Assembly: GCA_963764705.1 (NCBI GenBank)
Contig: CAVXTR010000004.1
Coordinates: forward strand, 263,752-327,751
Direction: 5' to 3'
DNA from: an uncultured Alphaproteobacteria bacterium
GTDB taxonomy: Bacteria; Pseudomonadota; Alphaproteobacteria; Rhizobiales; Xanthobacteraceae
Length of the DNA stretch: 64,000 bases
Shown here: piece by piece, positions 50,562 through 60,668 of the stretch
How the letters are laid out: every line of letters starts with the position of its first letter
Position numbering within the stretch: position 1 is the first letter of the stretch
Made by a program: the position numbers and the translations under genes
The notes under the pieces: generated by a model
Seen by the model: the letters and a program-made list of their open reading frames with translations, nothing else
What the model was told of the DNA's origin: nothing
Databases searched by the model: none

Positions 50562-51664
50562 ATTCCAAACGTGAGGCGGCTGCCTGTCGTGGTCACCAGC
50601 ACCTTGTCGCCCATCTGCGCCGTCGCTTCCTGGACGAAGTTGAGCCCGCTGCAATGCATCGGGATCAGCACGTCGGGCTCAAGCGCCTTGATCTCGCCGA
50701 CCACCTGCTTGAGGTAGTCGGCCGGCGCCGGTCCGAGATGGAATCCGCCGACGATGGCGTGGACCTTCTGGATGCCGGAGACTTCCTGCGCCTGCTTTAC
50801 CGAATTGACGATGCCGACATGACCGCAGGAGGAGATCACGACCAGGCCCATATCGCGCACGTTGAAGCAGGTCGCGTGTTCGTGGATATGCTCGTCGGGC
50901 ACGATCTTGCCTTCCATCTCGGCCGGCAAATAGTGGCCGATGTTGCAGCCGAGGCCGTCCTTGATGCCGAATTCGACCCAGGTCTGCGGCAGCACGCGCT
51001 CGCCGCTGCGGCGGGTAATCTTGCCGGTCGTGAAGGCATGGCCCGCGATCACGGTCGGCGTTTCGCACAGCACGGTGGTGACCTTCTGCGAGGCGAGCTG
51101 GCGGCGGTCGAGCGCGCCGAAATCCGTGAACTGGCCTTTGGTCGGCGTGGCGTTGACGCGATGGCAGAAATTATCCTCGCCGCCGGCATAGAGTTTGACC
51201 TCGGCCGGAAGCTTGTCACGGAACCTGTCGAGGAAGCCGAGCAGGCCGCCGAAATGATCGTAGTGGCCGTGGCTGACGATCAGCCCATCGATCTTCGACG
51301 GATCGACGCCGACCAGCTCCATGTTGTTGATCAGGACTTCGGGCGTATACCCGTAGTCCAGCATCAGCGTGCGCTGTTCACTGGCGATCTGCGATTCCAG
51401 CCACAGCGACAATCCCCATTCGCTGTGGACCGGCTTTCGGTAATCGGCGCTTCTCGGCAATGGTGTAATCGACACGCCATTGGCCTGCCTCGGACGGAAG
51501 AACTGGTCGAAGCTGGAATTGACCAGCACCTTGATTGACAGTTTGTCCACCGTCGGCACCTGGATCGGCGCGGCGCTCGCGATCTCGACGCAGGAGAACG
51601 CGCTGGCGGCGGCGAGGGCGGCGGTTGCCTTGAGAAAATCGCGACGGGCAAGTACCGTGGTCAT
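50558..51664 (-). CDS. Tat-exported MBL-fold metallo-hydrolase
   Basis: RRDFLK Tat motif, SHGHYDHFGG, SSCGHVG, GGFHL, PMHCSG. Confidence 0.88.
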   Translation of the reverse strand: MTTVLARRDFLKATAALAAASAFSCVEIASAAPIQVPTVDKLSIKVLVNSSFDQFFRPRQANGVSITPLPRSADYRKPVHSEWGLSLWLESQIASEQRTLMLDYGYTPEVLINNMELVGVDPSKIDGLIVSHGHYDHFGGLLGFLDRFRDKLPAEVKLYAGGEDNFCHRVNATPTKGQFTDFGALDRRQLASQKVTTVLCETPTVIAGHAFTTGKITRRSGERVLPQTWVEFGIKDGLGCNIGHYLPAEMEGKIVPDEHIHEHATCFNVRDMGLVVISSCGHVGIVNSVKQAQEVSGIQKVHAIVGGFHLGPAPADYLKQVVGEIKALEPDVLIPMHCSGLNFVQEATAQMGDKVLVTTTGSRLTFGI

Positions 51665-51869
51665 CGAAATGTCTCCCCAAAAAGCTTGCGGTTGAAACGC
51701 AAAACCCGTCGCAGCCTAGGCGCAAACATGCGCGGCCTCAATGCGCCGTCATCACATTCGCGCGCGAACCTGCCGGCGCCATTGACTCCGGCGCGCCTCC
51801 CGGCTCACATTCATGCATCCGCATCCATTTCGAGATGCGCCAAGATTTCATGCACGGATGGGAACGCCG

Positions 51870-52577
51870 ATGATCGACCTTCATTACTGGTCTACGCCGA
51901 ACGGCCACAAGATAACGATCTTCCTCGAAGAGGCCGGGCTGGAGTACAAGATTTTCCCGGTGGTCATCGGCAAGGGCGATCAGTTCAAGCCGGAGTTTCT
52001 GGCGATCGCGCCGAACAACCGGATTCCGGCGATGGTCGACCATGCGCCGAAGGGCGGCGGCAAGCCGATCTCGATCTTCGAGTCCGGTGCGATGCTGCTG
52101 TATCTGGCGGAGAAGACCGGCAAATTCCTGCCCGCCGACCTCTACGGCCGCTACGACGCGATCCAGTGGACGTTCTGGCAGATGGGCGGCCTCGGGCCGA
52201 TGGCCGGGCAGAACCACCACTTCCGCAACTACGCCGTGGAAAAGCTGCCTTACGCCATCGATCGCTATGTCAATGAAACCAACCGGCTCTACGGCGTGCT
52301 CAACAAGCGCCTCGCCGACCGCGAATTCATCGCCGGCGACTATTCGATCGCCGACATGGCGGCCTATCCCTGGATCGTGCCGTACCAGAACCAGGGCCAG
52401 AACATCGACGACTTCCCGCACCTCAAGCGCTGGATGGAAACCATCGCCGCGCGACCTGCAACGGAGCGCGCCTACGCCAAGGCCAAAGAGGTCAATCCGA
52501 ATTTCGGCCAGCCCGCGATCCGCACCGAGGAAGAGCGCAAGCTGCTGTTCGGGCAGACCGCGGCGGTGGTGAAGTAG
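51870..52577 (+). CDS. Glutathione S-transferase, YfcG/YghU (Nu class)
   Basis: TPNGHK, PNNRIPA, FESGA, YSIADMA. Confidence 0.9.
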   Translation: MIDLHYWSTPNGHKITIFLEEAGLEYKIFPVVIGKGDQFKPEFLAIAPNNRIPAMVDHAPKGGGKPISIFESGAMLLYLAEKTGKFLPADLYGRYDAIQWTFWQMGGLGPMAGQNHHFRNYAVEKLPYAIDRYVNETNRLYGVLNKRLADREFIAGDYSIADMAAYPWIVPYQNQGQNIDDFPHLKRWMETIAARPATERAYAKAKEVNPNFGQPAIRTEEERKLLFGQTAAVVK

Positions 52578-52599
52578 CTCCGGCGACACGCACGACTTG

Positions 52600-52768
52600 T
52601 CATCATCCGCCTTGTGAGCAGTTGCGCACTGGGGGGATGATCCAGTAGACACAGCCGGTCATCGTTGCCACGACCGCCGCGGCGTACTGGATGCCCCGCC
52701 TTCGCGGGGCATGACAGGGAGGGGCCGCTGTCTCAATCCTTCGTCGCTTGCGCTCCTCGCAATGACGG
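52600..52768. repeat. Cluster of CGTC-tagged palindromic repeats
   Basis: gtcatcatccgcc…ggatgatccagta / tactggatgccccgccttcgcggggcatgac; cgtcgc…gcaatgacg. Confidence 0.65.
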
Positions 52769-52858
52769 CTAGTCTGGCGATTGTCTTCGAGCAGGATCAA
52801 GCCCGCATAGCGCGGAAGGCGCGCGGGCATCCGGCGTAGGCCGGCGGGATTTTCGGTC

Positions 52859-53273
52859 ATGCCAGAACGCACCGACACACCTTCCACCAAAGCCGTCATC
52901 ACGGCGGCCGAGCCGCAACTGTTCGTCGCCGATATCAAATCGTCCTGCGATTTCTTCGCGAACAAGCTCGGTTTTGCCGTCGCGTTATGGCGAGCCGCCG
53001 TTTTACGCGCAGGTGATGCGCGACGGGGCGCGGCTGAACCTGCGCTGCGTCGCGCAGCCGTTAATCGATGCCGACCTGCGCGTCCGCGAGGAATTGCTGG
53101 CGGCCTCGCTGACGGTGGCTGCGCCGGAGGAGATAAGGCTGCTTTACCTCGAATTCCAGTCTGCCGGCGTCGCGTTCTTTCAGCCGCTCAAGCGGCAGCC
53201 CTGGTGCGCGCGGGATTTCATCGTGCGCGATCCCGACGGCAACCTGCTGCTGTTCGCGGGACCTGGGGAGTAG
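52859..53273 (+). CDS. VOC/glyoxalase family protein (apparent frameshift near 52986)
   Basis: PQLFVADIKSSCDFF…LGF then YGEPPFYAQV…QPW…DPDGNLL. Confidence 0.8.
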
Positions 53274-53356
53274 AGACTGCGATTATCGACGGCGTTCGTG
53301 AGGTGCAGCCGGCACGTCGATGGGCCGATCGTCGGCGGCTCGACCGCGGGCCGATG

Positions 53357-53920
53357 TCAGCGGTACGTTCGCCTCAACGGGGATGTACGCAGCCGGGGTT
53401 CGCAGACCGGTGAAATCCCGGGCCGGAGCGCGGGGCCGCCGAAGCGAAGTATGTCGTAGCGGATCGTCTCCGAAAAATCCGCAATGGTGATCCCGGGCTG
53501 GCTGAAGGCCTGCGCGACGGCCACCGCGAGGCGGCTGTCGAGCGGCGTCGAAAAGGCTGCGACCGCGGCTCTCAGCTTTTCCTCGCCGCAGAACATCGGC
53601 ACGTTCGCGAGCCTTGGACAATCCATCTTGACCTGCCAGGCGTGGACATAGGCCGTCATCGCGTCGACGAGATTTTGCTTCATGGTGCTGTCGCATGGCG
53701 ATAGCGCAAAGCCGGTCGCGGCTTGCAGCGCTTCGAGCTTGATCGTGTCGAGCGAGGGACCCTTGACGCCGGGCGCGCCGGCATTCCTCGCGCCCCGATC
53801 GGGGGTCGTCAGCACCATCTTTTCCGAGCCGACGCCGACAGGGAAGCCGCGCGCCGCCCACGATACACCGGCGAACGAGGCCACGAAGGCCAGGGCCACA
53901 TAGATGTAGATACGGTTCAT
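53357..53920 (-). CDS. Exported/membrane-anchored hypothetical protein
   Basis: N-terminal hydrophobic segment, four Cys. Confidence 0.6.
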   Translation of the reverse strand: MNRIYIYVALAFVASFAGVSWAARGFPVGVGSEKMVLTTPDRGARNAGAPGVKGPSLDTIKLEALQAATGFALSPCDSTMKQNLVDAMTAYVHAWQVKMDCPRLANVPMFCGEEKLRAAVAAFSTPLDSRLAVAVAQAFSQPGITIADFSETIRYDILRFGGPALRPGISPVCEPRLRTSPLRRTYR

Positions 53921-54078
53921 CGGCCTGACTCACCCGGGGATACATCTGCAGCTTACATGCAACCGGTTAATAGTCGGGCTACTTCCAGTGTCCCGTTGCT
54001 CATGGGCCAATGCGATCGCAAACGGATTGCAAATATTTCATTTAAAATTTGAGAGATGCGCGATGACCGGGCCCGGCA

Positions 54079-54753
54079 TCAGAACCGGCAGCGCATTCGC
54101 AGCATCTCGAGCACGGCGCCGAGATCGGGCACCACGGCGGCGCATTTCGCGCGTGAGGCGTCCGTCGGCGGTGCCATGTCGGGCACCATGATCGTGATCG
54201 CGCCGGCGGCGAGCGCCGCCGTCACGCCGTGGTTGGAATCCTCGACGGCGACGCAGGATGTTGGCGCGACGCCAAACCGCGACGCGGCCAACAGGTAGAG
54301 ATCGGGGCTCGGCTTGCCCAGGGCGACGTCGTCGCGGGTCAGGATCGCATCGAAACGATCGTGGATGCCGGCCAGCCGCAAATGCGCGTCGGCGGTGCGC
54401 CGCGACGAGGAAGTGACGATCGCCATCGGATACTCGGCCGCGCGCAGCGCGTCGAGCAATTCGACGGCACCGTTTTTCACGGGCAGTCCGGCCGCGAACA
54501 TCTCGTCCCGCCGTGCGATAAAGGCCTTGTTGATCGCGGCCAGCGGGAATTCGTCGCCGTAGCGCGCGTGCAGCATCGCTTCGCATTCTGGTCCGGGAAG
54601 GCCGACCATGGCATGGCAGAGCGTGACGACATCTTCGGTATAGCCATGCGCGTTCAGCGCCGCGATCAGGCTGTCGAAATAGACCCGCTCGGTGTCGAGC
54701 AGTGTGCCGTCCATGTCGAGCAGCACGGCGCTGACGTTCCATGGGCCGGTCAT
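54079..54753 (-). CDS. HAD family phosphatase (beta-PGM/CbbY-like)
   Basis: DMDGTLLD, VTSS, KPSPD, VEDS. Confidence 0.9.
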   Translation of the reverse strand: MTGPWNVSAVLLDMDGTLLDTERVYFDSLIAALNAHGYTEDVVTLCHAMVGLPGPECEAMLHARYGDEFPLAAINKAFIARRDEMFAAGLPVKNGAVELLDALRAAEYPMAIVTSSSRRTADAHLRLAGIHDRFDAILTRDDVALGKPSPDLYLLAASRFGVAPTSCVAVEDSNHGVTAALAAGAITIMVPDMAPPTDASRAKCAAVVPDLGAVLEMLRMRCRF

Positions 54754-54953
54754 GTCGGCGCGGGGTCCGCGGCATGCGCCGCCGCCTGGCGCAGGCAATC
54801 CGGACACAGACAGTCGCCGCCGTCCGAGGGCATCGGCAGCCGATAGGCTTCCTCCATGCACCAGCATGAGCCGGACAGGTTGCAGCCGAATTCGGTTCCG
54901 CAAGACGCGCAGGCTAGAAGGCGCGAAGCCTGGCTTTCTGTCCGATTTGTCAT
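54750..54953 (-). CDS. Cysteine-rich CWC family protein
   Basis: CASCGTEFGC…CWC…CLCPDCL; ATGA overlap with the HAD gene. Confidence 0.85.
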   Translation of the reverse strand: MTNRTESQASRLLACASCGTEFGCNLSGSCWCMEEAYRLPMPSDGGDCLCPDCLRQAAAHAADPAPT

Positions 54954-55054
54954 GAATGCGGCCGTATTCACAGGCGGAATTAATCTCGGGTTCATGTCGA
55001 ACGGCGGTATACTCGCCGCCAATATACGCCCCGGGAACGCTTAAGGGAAATCGT

Positions 55055-56636
55055 ATGGCCCGCGATTCGCAAGCCGCCCTCGTTGCGCTCAATCGCTTCG
55101 GATTGGGCGCGCGGGGCGGCGCATCCGGTGATTTCGTCAACGCGGCATCCGATCCGCGCGGTTTTGTGAAGGCCGAACTGCTGCGCCCCAACGGCGCGCT
55201 GCTCGAAGTGCCGGGCTTGCAGTCGACGCCGGCACTCGGCAAGGCGGTGTTCGACTATCAGTTCGAAATCCAGCAGGCGCGTGACGCCGCCGCCAAGGCC
55301 GCGCCCGGCACGGACACCGAAGCGCCCGCGCCGCAGCCGCCGGCGGATGCGAAAGCGCAGCGGCGAAATCTTTCGCTCAACAGCATCGCGATGGACATCA
55401 CCGCGAAGGAGCCGCCGCCGGCGAAGACCGCTGATAACGCCGGTGCGACGATGGCCGATCCTTCAGCCAGGTCCGCCGAGGCGATGCAGCCCAACGCGCC
55501 AAAACCGCCGCCGCAACCGCTCAACATCATCCAGAAGACGTTTCGCGCCGAGGCGCTGGCGCGGCTGCAGCGCGGCATCATCGCCGATTGCGGTTTCGTC
55601 GAGCGGCTGGTGGTGTTCTGGTCCAATCATTTCTGCATCTCCGCCGGCAAGGGCGGGCTGGCGCGGATGTGGGCGGGCTCGTTCGAGCGCGAGGCGATCC
55701 GGCCGCATGTGCTCGGCCGCTTCGCCGACATGCTGAAGGCGGTCGAGCAGCACCCGGCGATGCTGTTCTTTCTCGACAACCAGCAGTCGCTCGGCCCGGA
55801 CTCCCGCGCCGGACAGAATCGCAACCGCGGCTTGAACGAAAATCTCGCGCGCGAAATCATGGAGCTGCATACGCTCGGCGTCGGCGGCGGCTATTCGCAG
55901 GACGACGTGACGTCGCTGGCGCGGATCATCACCGGCTGGACCTATGCGGGACGCCAGGGCCAACTCGGTACGCCCGGCACCTTCGTGTTCAACGCCAACG
56001 CGCACCAGCCCGGCGCGCAGCGCGTGATGGGCAAGATCTACGAAGCCAATGGCGTGGCGCAGGGCGAAGCGGTGCTGGCGGATATCGCGCAGCATCCCGC
56101 GACCGCGAAATTCATCGCCGGCAAATTCGCCCGTCATTTCGTGGCCGACGACCCGCCACCGGCGCTAGTGGCGCGGCTTGCGGATACGTTCGTCAGGTTC
56201 TACGGCGATCTCGGGGCGTTGGCGACCGCGCTGCTGGACTTCTGACGAAGCGTGGAAGGCGCCGATGACCAAGATGCGCAGCCCTTACGAATTCCTGGTC
56301 GCCACCGGACGGCTGCTGGCGCAAATTCCGGGCGATCCCGGCCGCTACCTCAACGGCCTCAACGTGCTGGGTCAGCCGCTGTGGTCGCCTGCCGGGCCAA
56401 ACGGTTTTGCCGATACCAATGCCGCCTGGGCGGCGCCGGAAGGCATGAAGCTGCGGCTCGATATCTCCGCCCAGATTGCTTCGCGCCTCGCCGAAGGCGT
56501 CGATCCCCGTGATCTGCTGGAACTCGTCGCCGCGGACGCAGCTTCCGCCGAGACGCGGCGAACCATCGAGCGTGCGGAGTCGCGGCAGCAGGCGTTGGCG
56601 CTGCTGTTGATGTCGCCGGAATTCCAGAGGAGATGA
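55055..56636 (+). CDS. DUF1800 family protein (apparent frameshift near 56241)
   Basis: ERLVVFWSNHF, PAMLFFLDN, NENLAREIMELHTLG; next frame KMRSPYEF…LLLMSPEFQRR. Confidence 0.85.
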
Positions 56637-57892
56637 CGGGCATGGATATCAGCTCATCGGAAACCGGAATGGATTGCTGCGAAGGCTTGAGGTCCTCGGT
56701 GACTTCGCGCCGCGGGCTGCTGCTCGGCGGCGCTTCCTTTGCGGCCTGGGCCTATTTGCCGAAATTCGCGCGCGCCGCCGATGGCCGCGATCCCAGGATG
56801 GTGGTCATCATCCTGCGCGGCGCGCTGGACGGGCTCGCCACCGTGGCGCCGGTCGGCGACCCCGATTATGCCGGCCTGCATGGCGCGATCGCGCTGAGTT
56901 CGAGCGGACCGAACGCGGCGCTGCCGCTGGATTCATTTTTCGCGCTACATCCGGCGATGCCGGAATTTGCGCGGATGTATCGCGACAAGAAGGCCGCGGT
57001 GATTCATGCGGTGGCGACGTCCTATCGCGACCGCTCGCATTTCGACGGCCAGGATGTGCTCGAAAGCGGCTTTACCGGGCCCGGCCGGGTGCAGTCCGGC
57101 TGGCTCAACCGCGCGCTGGAATCGCTGCCGAGGGGCGAGCGGGTGATGAGCGCGCTCGGCGTCGGCCCGACCACGCCGTTGGTGCTGCGGGGACCGGCGC
57201 CGACCGTCGGCTGGGCGCCGGTCGCGTTGCCGCAGGCCGCCGACGACACCGCGATGCGGCTCGCCGAGCTCTATGCCCATCGCGATCCGGCGCTGGCTGC
57301 GGCCTTGACGCAGGGCCTCGCGCTCGACAAGGCCGCCCAAGGCGACGACATGAAGCCGAAGCCCGGCACCAACGGCGCCGGCGCGATGCGGCTGGTGGCG
57401 CGCGGCGCCGCCAAACTGATGGCGGCCGACGACGGTCCGCGGATCGCAGCCCTCGCCTTCGACGGCTGGGACACCCATGCCAATGAAGGCGGGCCGGTCG
57501 GCCGGCTGGCGCAACTGCTCGGCGGTCTTGACGGCGCGCTGGCGGAACTGGAAAGCGGGCTCGGCGCGCGCTGGCGCGAGACCGTCGTTGTGGTCGCCAC
57601 CGAATTCGGCCGCACCGCGCGCATCAACGGCACCCAGGGCACCGACCACGGCACCGGCACCATCGCGCTGCTGGCCGGCGGTGCCGTGAAAGGCGGCCGG
57701 GTGATCTCGGACTGGCCGGGGCTGAAACCCGCCAGCCTTTATCAGGGCCGCGACCTCGCTCCGACCACCGACTTGCGCGCGGTGATGAAAGGCGTGCTGC
57801 GCGACCAGTTCGGTTTGGCCGAGCGCGTGCTGGCGGAGAGTGTATTCCCCGACAGCGCGCCGGTGAAGCCGATGCAGGGATTGGTGGGGTGA
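56633..57892 (+). CDS. DUF1501 family protein (Tat-like signal)
   Basis: SRRGLL, LRGALDGL, RSHFDGQ, GWDTH, TEFGRT, GTDHG; canonical partner of DUF1800. Confidence 0.88.
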   Translation: MTGMDISSSETGMDCCEGLRSSVTSRRGLLLGGASFAAWAYLPKFARAADGRDPRMVVIILRGALDGLATVAPVGDPDYAGLHGAIALSSSGPNAALPLDSFFALHPAMPEFARMYRDKKAAVIHAVATSYRDRSHFDGQDVLESGFTGPGRVQSGWLNRALESLPRGERVMSALGVGPTTPLVLRGPAPTVGWAPVALPQAADDTAMRLAELYAHRDPALAAALTQGLALDKAAQGDDMKPKPGTNGAGAMRLVARGAAKLMAADDGPRIAALAFDGWDTHANEGGPVGRLAQLLGGLDGALAELESGLGARWRETVVVVATEFGRTARINGTQGTDHGTGTIALLAGGAVKGGRVISDWPGLKPASLYQGRDLAPTTDLRAVMKGVLRDQFGLAERVLAESVFPDSAPVKPMQGLVG

Positions 57893-57920
57893 TCCGTGCG
57901 GTTCGGTTTCAGGGAACCAG

Positions 57921-58430
57921 ATGGCGACTTTTTTCGTAATCTTCGGGGCGGCGGTTCGCGCCGACGGAACGCCTAGCGGCAGCCTGGCTCGCCGCGTCGA
58001 AGGCGCATTGGCTCTTGCGGCGGATGTGCGACCCCGCGTTTTTCTGGCGACGGGTGGCGTGGGCCGTTACGGACCTGCCGAGGCGCACGTCATTCGCGAC
58101 CTTCTGCTCGTGGCCGGCGCCCTGGAAAAAGAAGTATTGATCGAAAACCAGGCGACCGACACCTTGCAATCGGTGCTGTTTTGCCACGCGATCTTGCGCG
58201 GCAGGAGCGATGTCGATCTGCTGGTTCCGTGTTCGAGCAACTACCACAATTTCCGATGCGCGCTCTTGTTCAGAATGCTCGGCTATCGGGTCCGGATCGG
58301 GCGTATGCCGGCCGAACTCTCTCAGCTGGGGCCGTGGAAGTGGAGCCGGTACGTGGCCAAGGAAATACTGGCTACGCCGTATGATGCGACGCTGCTGCTG
58401 TTTTACCGCTTGAGCAATCGCTTGCCTTGA
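57921..58430 (+). CDS. YdcF / DUF218 family protein
   Basis: VIFGA, LARRV, ATGG, EAHV, ENQATDT, SSNYH. Confidence 0.8.
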   Translation: MATFFVIFGAAVRADGTPSGSLARRVEGALALAADVRPRVFLATGGVGRYGPAEAHVIRDLLLVAGALEKEVLIENQATDTLQSVLFCHAILRGRSDVDLLVPCSSNYHNFRCALLFRMLGYRVRIGRMPAELSQLGPWKWSRYVAKEILATPYDATLLLFYRLSNRLP

Positions 58431-58537
58431 TCCGTGGCTGACCATCCCGTCAGGCAGGTTTGTGAGCTACTTCATATATTACTACCAAAGATTGAGTTAG
58501 ATAAAGCAGGAGTGTCAAAGCTGTCTGGCACCACTGG

Positions 58538-58918
58538 ATGGTGACGCCAATGAGGTATCTGCTTGCAGCTGCCGCCTTGTTGCTCGCGGCGCTTGGAGCC
58601 GTGTTTTTTTTCGGGCCGAACCCGGATCCGGTTCCGTCGGATCCCAAGGCCAAGCAACTCAGCGATCTCGTCGGCCTGGCCGAGCGAATGTGCCTGTCCA
58701 ACACAACCAGCGAACAGACGGCCGCGATCAAGCTCAAGCTCGAGTTGATCAGCAAGCAGATTGCCGGGGATACCAGCGTGTCGCGCGGCCGCGAAGCGTT
58801 GCGCGGCGCGGCGGACTCATTGGCGGAGGCGCTCAAGAAGGTCGAGAACGATGACATCAGAAAATGCATGGAACCGTGGTCGGAGCAGATTCGTGCCCTT
58901 GCAAAGTCGATGGGCTGA
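58538..58918 (+). CDS. Membrane-anchored/exported hypothetical protein
   Basis: Hydrophobic N-terminus; LVGLAERMCLSN…ENDDIRKCM domain. Confidence 0.7.
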   Translation: MVTPMRYLLAAAALLLAALGAVFFFGPNPDPVPSDPKAKQLSDLVGLAERMCLSNTTSEQTAAIKLKLELISKQIAGDTSVSRGREALRGAADSLAEALKKVENDDIRKCMEPWSEQIRALAKSMG

Positions 58919-60659
58919 GAGGGGGCGCTTTTCGAGGCTAACCGGCACGGCGCTGCGGTTCGCGATAGCGATTGCCGTTTGCGTTGTTTTTCAACCGGCG
59001 TGGGCGCAACCTGGTCAGGGGGAAATTGCCAAGAGGCGGTCGGACGAACTGGCCGGCAACCTGCAGGCGCTGACATTGCTGGTGGGTCTGGCTGAACAGG
59101 CCTGCCTTTCAAATCGCACCCAGACAGAGAGCGCGGGCATCTCGGTAACGCTGCGTGCCATACTGAACTCGGTGACGTCAGGTGCCAGCCTCGAACGGCA
59201 GGTCAAGGATCTGCGCGGCGCGCCGGAACGAATGACCGGAGAGATTGCCAAGCTCGAAAACAACGATATCCGGACATGCATGAACGAGAAGCTGGCGCCG
59301 GCTTTCTCGAAAATAAATACATTCTTCGTGGCGGCCGATCCCGCCGCCGGCTGGCCGGAACCGATCGACTTCCGGTTCAACTTCACGCGAGACGCCAGCA
59401 ATGACTCCGCAAAATACTCCGAAAATCTGAAGATAAACTTGCTGCGCAGCAGCCGTTCGCCGGTCAGCCGGCGAATTACCAATCAACTCGATTCCGGCGG
59501 CACGCCCTATTATCAGGTCGATATTTCCTACCCGACGGATAGCGAGTTGATCAAAGGAACAATCGTCCCGGAGGTCAAGGCGACCAGCAGTCTGTCGTCA
59601 GCGCCGACCAGCATCACGACGATCTGCATGCAGCGTCCGCCGAGTTTTCCTCAAGTCAAAGCCGAATACGACATGTTCGATTGCAGCGAGGGCAACGCCT
59701 GCCAGCCCGGCGCGATGGCAACCGGCTGGCTCGCGATCTGCCCGAAATCCGGCGAAGCCTTGCCTCCCGCCACCGTGAGACCATCGCGTTATGCGGCGTT
59801 TCTGCTGGCGCCGGCGCAGGCGGCCGACCCCGAACGGCGTTGGGTCGTCCCTTCGCTGGAGACGCTGGCCGGTCAAAATGCCGAGGGCGTCGGCTATACC
59901 GTCTTCACGCTGAGCACTTCGGCGTTTCGCAAGCCGGAAGCCCTCGGTGTGGAGGTCGATGTCCGCGTCAACGGCACGCGGGTCGAGCAGGACGGGCTAC
60001 CGCCGGCCATGCGGCCGGTCGCGAACGATCCGACGCAGCCCTTCACGCACAGCTTCGCTTTGCAAAGCCTGGATTTTCAGGGCCTCAATGGCGGATGCGA
60101 CGACATCGCGGTGGGCCTGACGCCGCTTTACGCCAACGGGCGCAAGGGAGAGCCGAGTCAGGTGACGCTGTCATATGCCGCCCTGCGCGATGTCGAAGAA
60201 CGCAAGGTGCCGTTTGCCGGCGATACGCTTGCATGGCACGCCTCCTACATCACCCCGGCGCGCGAATGGCGGCATTACCCCATCGTGCATTCCTATATCT
60301 ATCCGGCAAATGATGCGAAGAGCGCTGCCGAAGCCGCTGCAGCCGCTGAGGCAGACCGGCGCTGGCTCGACGAGCAGCGGTTTTCCTATGAGGGGCAAAG
60401 CGTGCTTGGCGTCGTTCGCCCGCCGCGGACCATTCAACCCAACGGCACCGCAGCCTTTGGGCTTGCCGCGGGCCTGCTTCAGCCCACCGGGCAAATTCGA
60501 TTTACCTTTCCGTTGGACGATGCGCGCCGCTTTTCTGCGTTCATGGTCAAGCAGCGGAGCCGAAGCGAGACGGCCAGTCGCGTGATCGAGTCCGACCAAT
60601 ATGTTTTCCAGGCGATCGGCGGCTATCGGACCGTGAAGGGAGTATGCGGCACGGGATAG
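58893..60659 (+). CDS. Large exported Cys-containing hypothetical protein
   Basis: GTG start with GGAG SD (58882-58885), signal peptide ending PAWA; N-terminal domain homologous to the upstream gene. Confidence 0.75.
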   Translation: MPLQSRWAERGRFSRLTGTALRFAIAIAVCVVFQPAWAQPGQGEIAKRRSDELAGNLQALTLLVGLAEQACLSNRTQTESAGISVTLRAILNSVTSGASLERQVKDLRGAPERMTGEIAKLENNDIRTCMNEKLAPAFSKINTFFVAADPAAGWPEPIDFRFNFTRDASNDSAKYSENLKINLLRSSRSPVSRRITNQLDSGGTPYYQVDISYPTDSELIKGTIVPEVKATSSLSSAPTSITTICMQRPPSFPQVKAEYDMFDCSEGNACQPGAMATGWLAICPKSGEALPPATVRPSRYAAFLLAPAQAADPERRWVVPSLETLAGQNAEGVGYTVFTLSTSAFRKPEALGVEVDVRVNGTRVEQDGLPPAMRPVANDPTQPFTHSFALQSLDFQGLNGGCDDIAVGLTPLYANGRKGEPSQVTLSYAALRDVEERKVPFAGDTLAWHASYITPAREWRHYPIVHSYIYPANDAKSAAEAAAAAEADRRWLDEQRFSYEGQSVLGVVRPPRTIQPNGTAAFGLAAGLLQPTGQIRFTFPLDDARRFSAFMVKQRSRSETASRVIESDQYVFQAIGGYRTVKGVCGTG

Positions 60660-60668
60660 GCCGCAGGA

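Noticed and set aside
55055-57892. DUF1800-DUF1501 pair as a novel system
   Set aside because: Function is unknown, but the pair is widespread and already recognised; nothing distinctive here.
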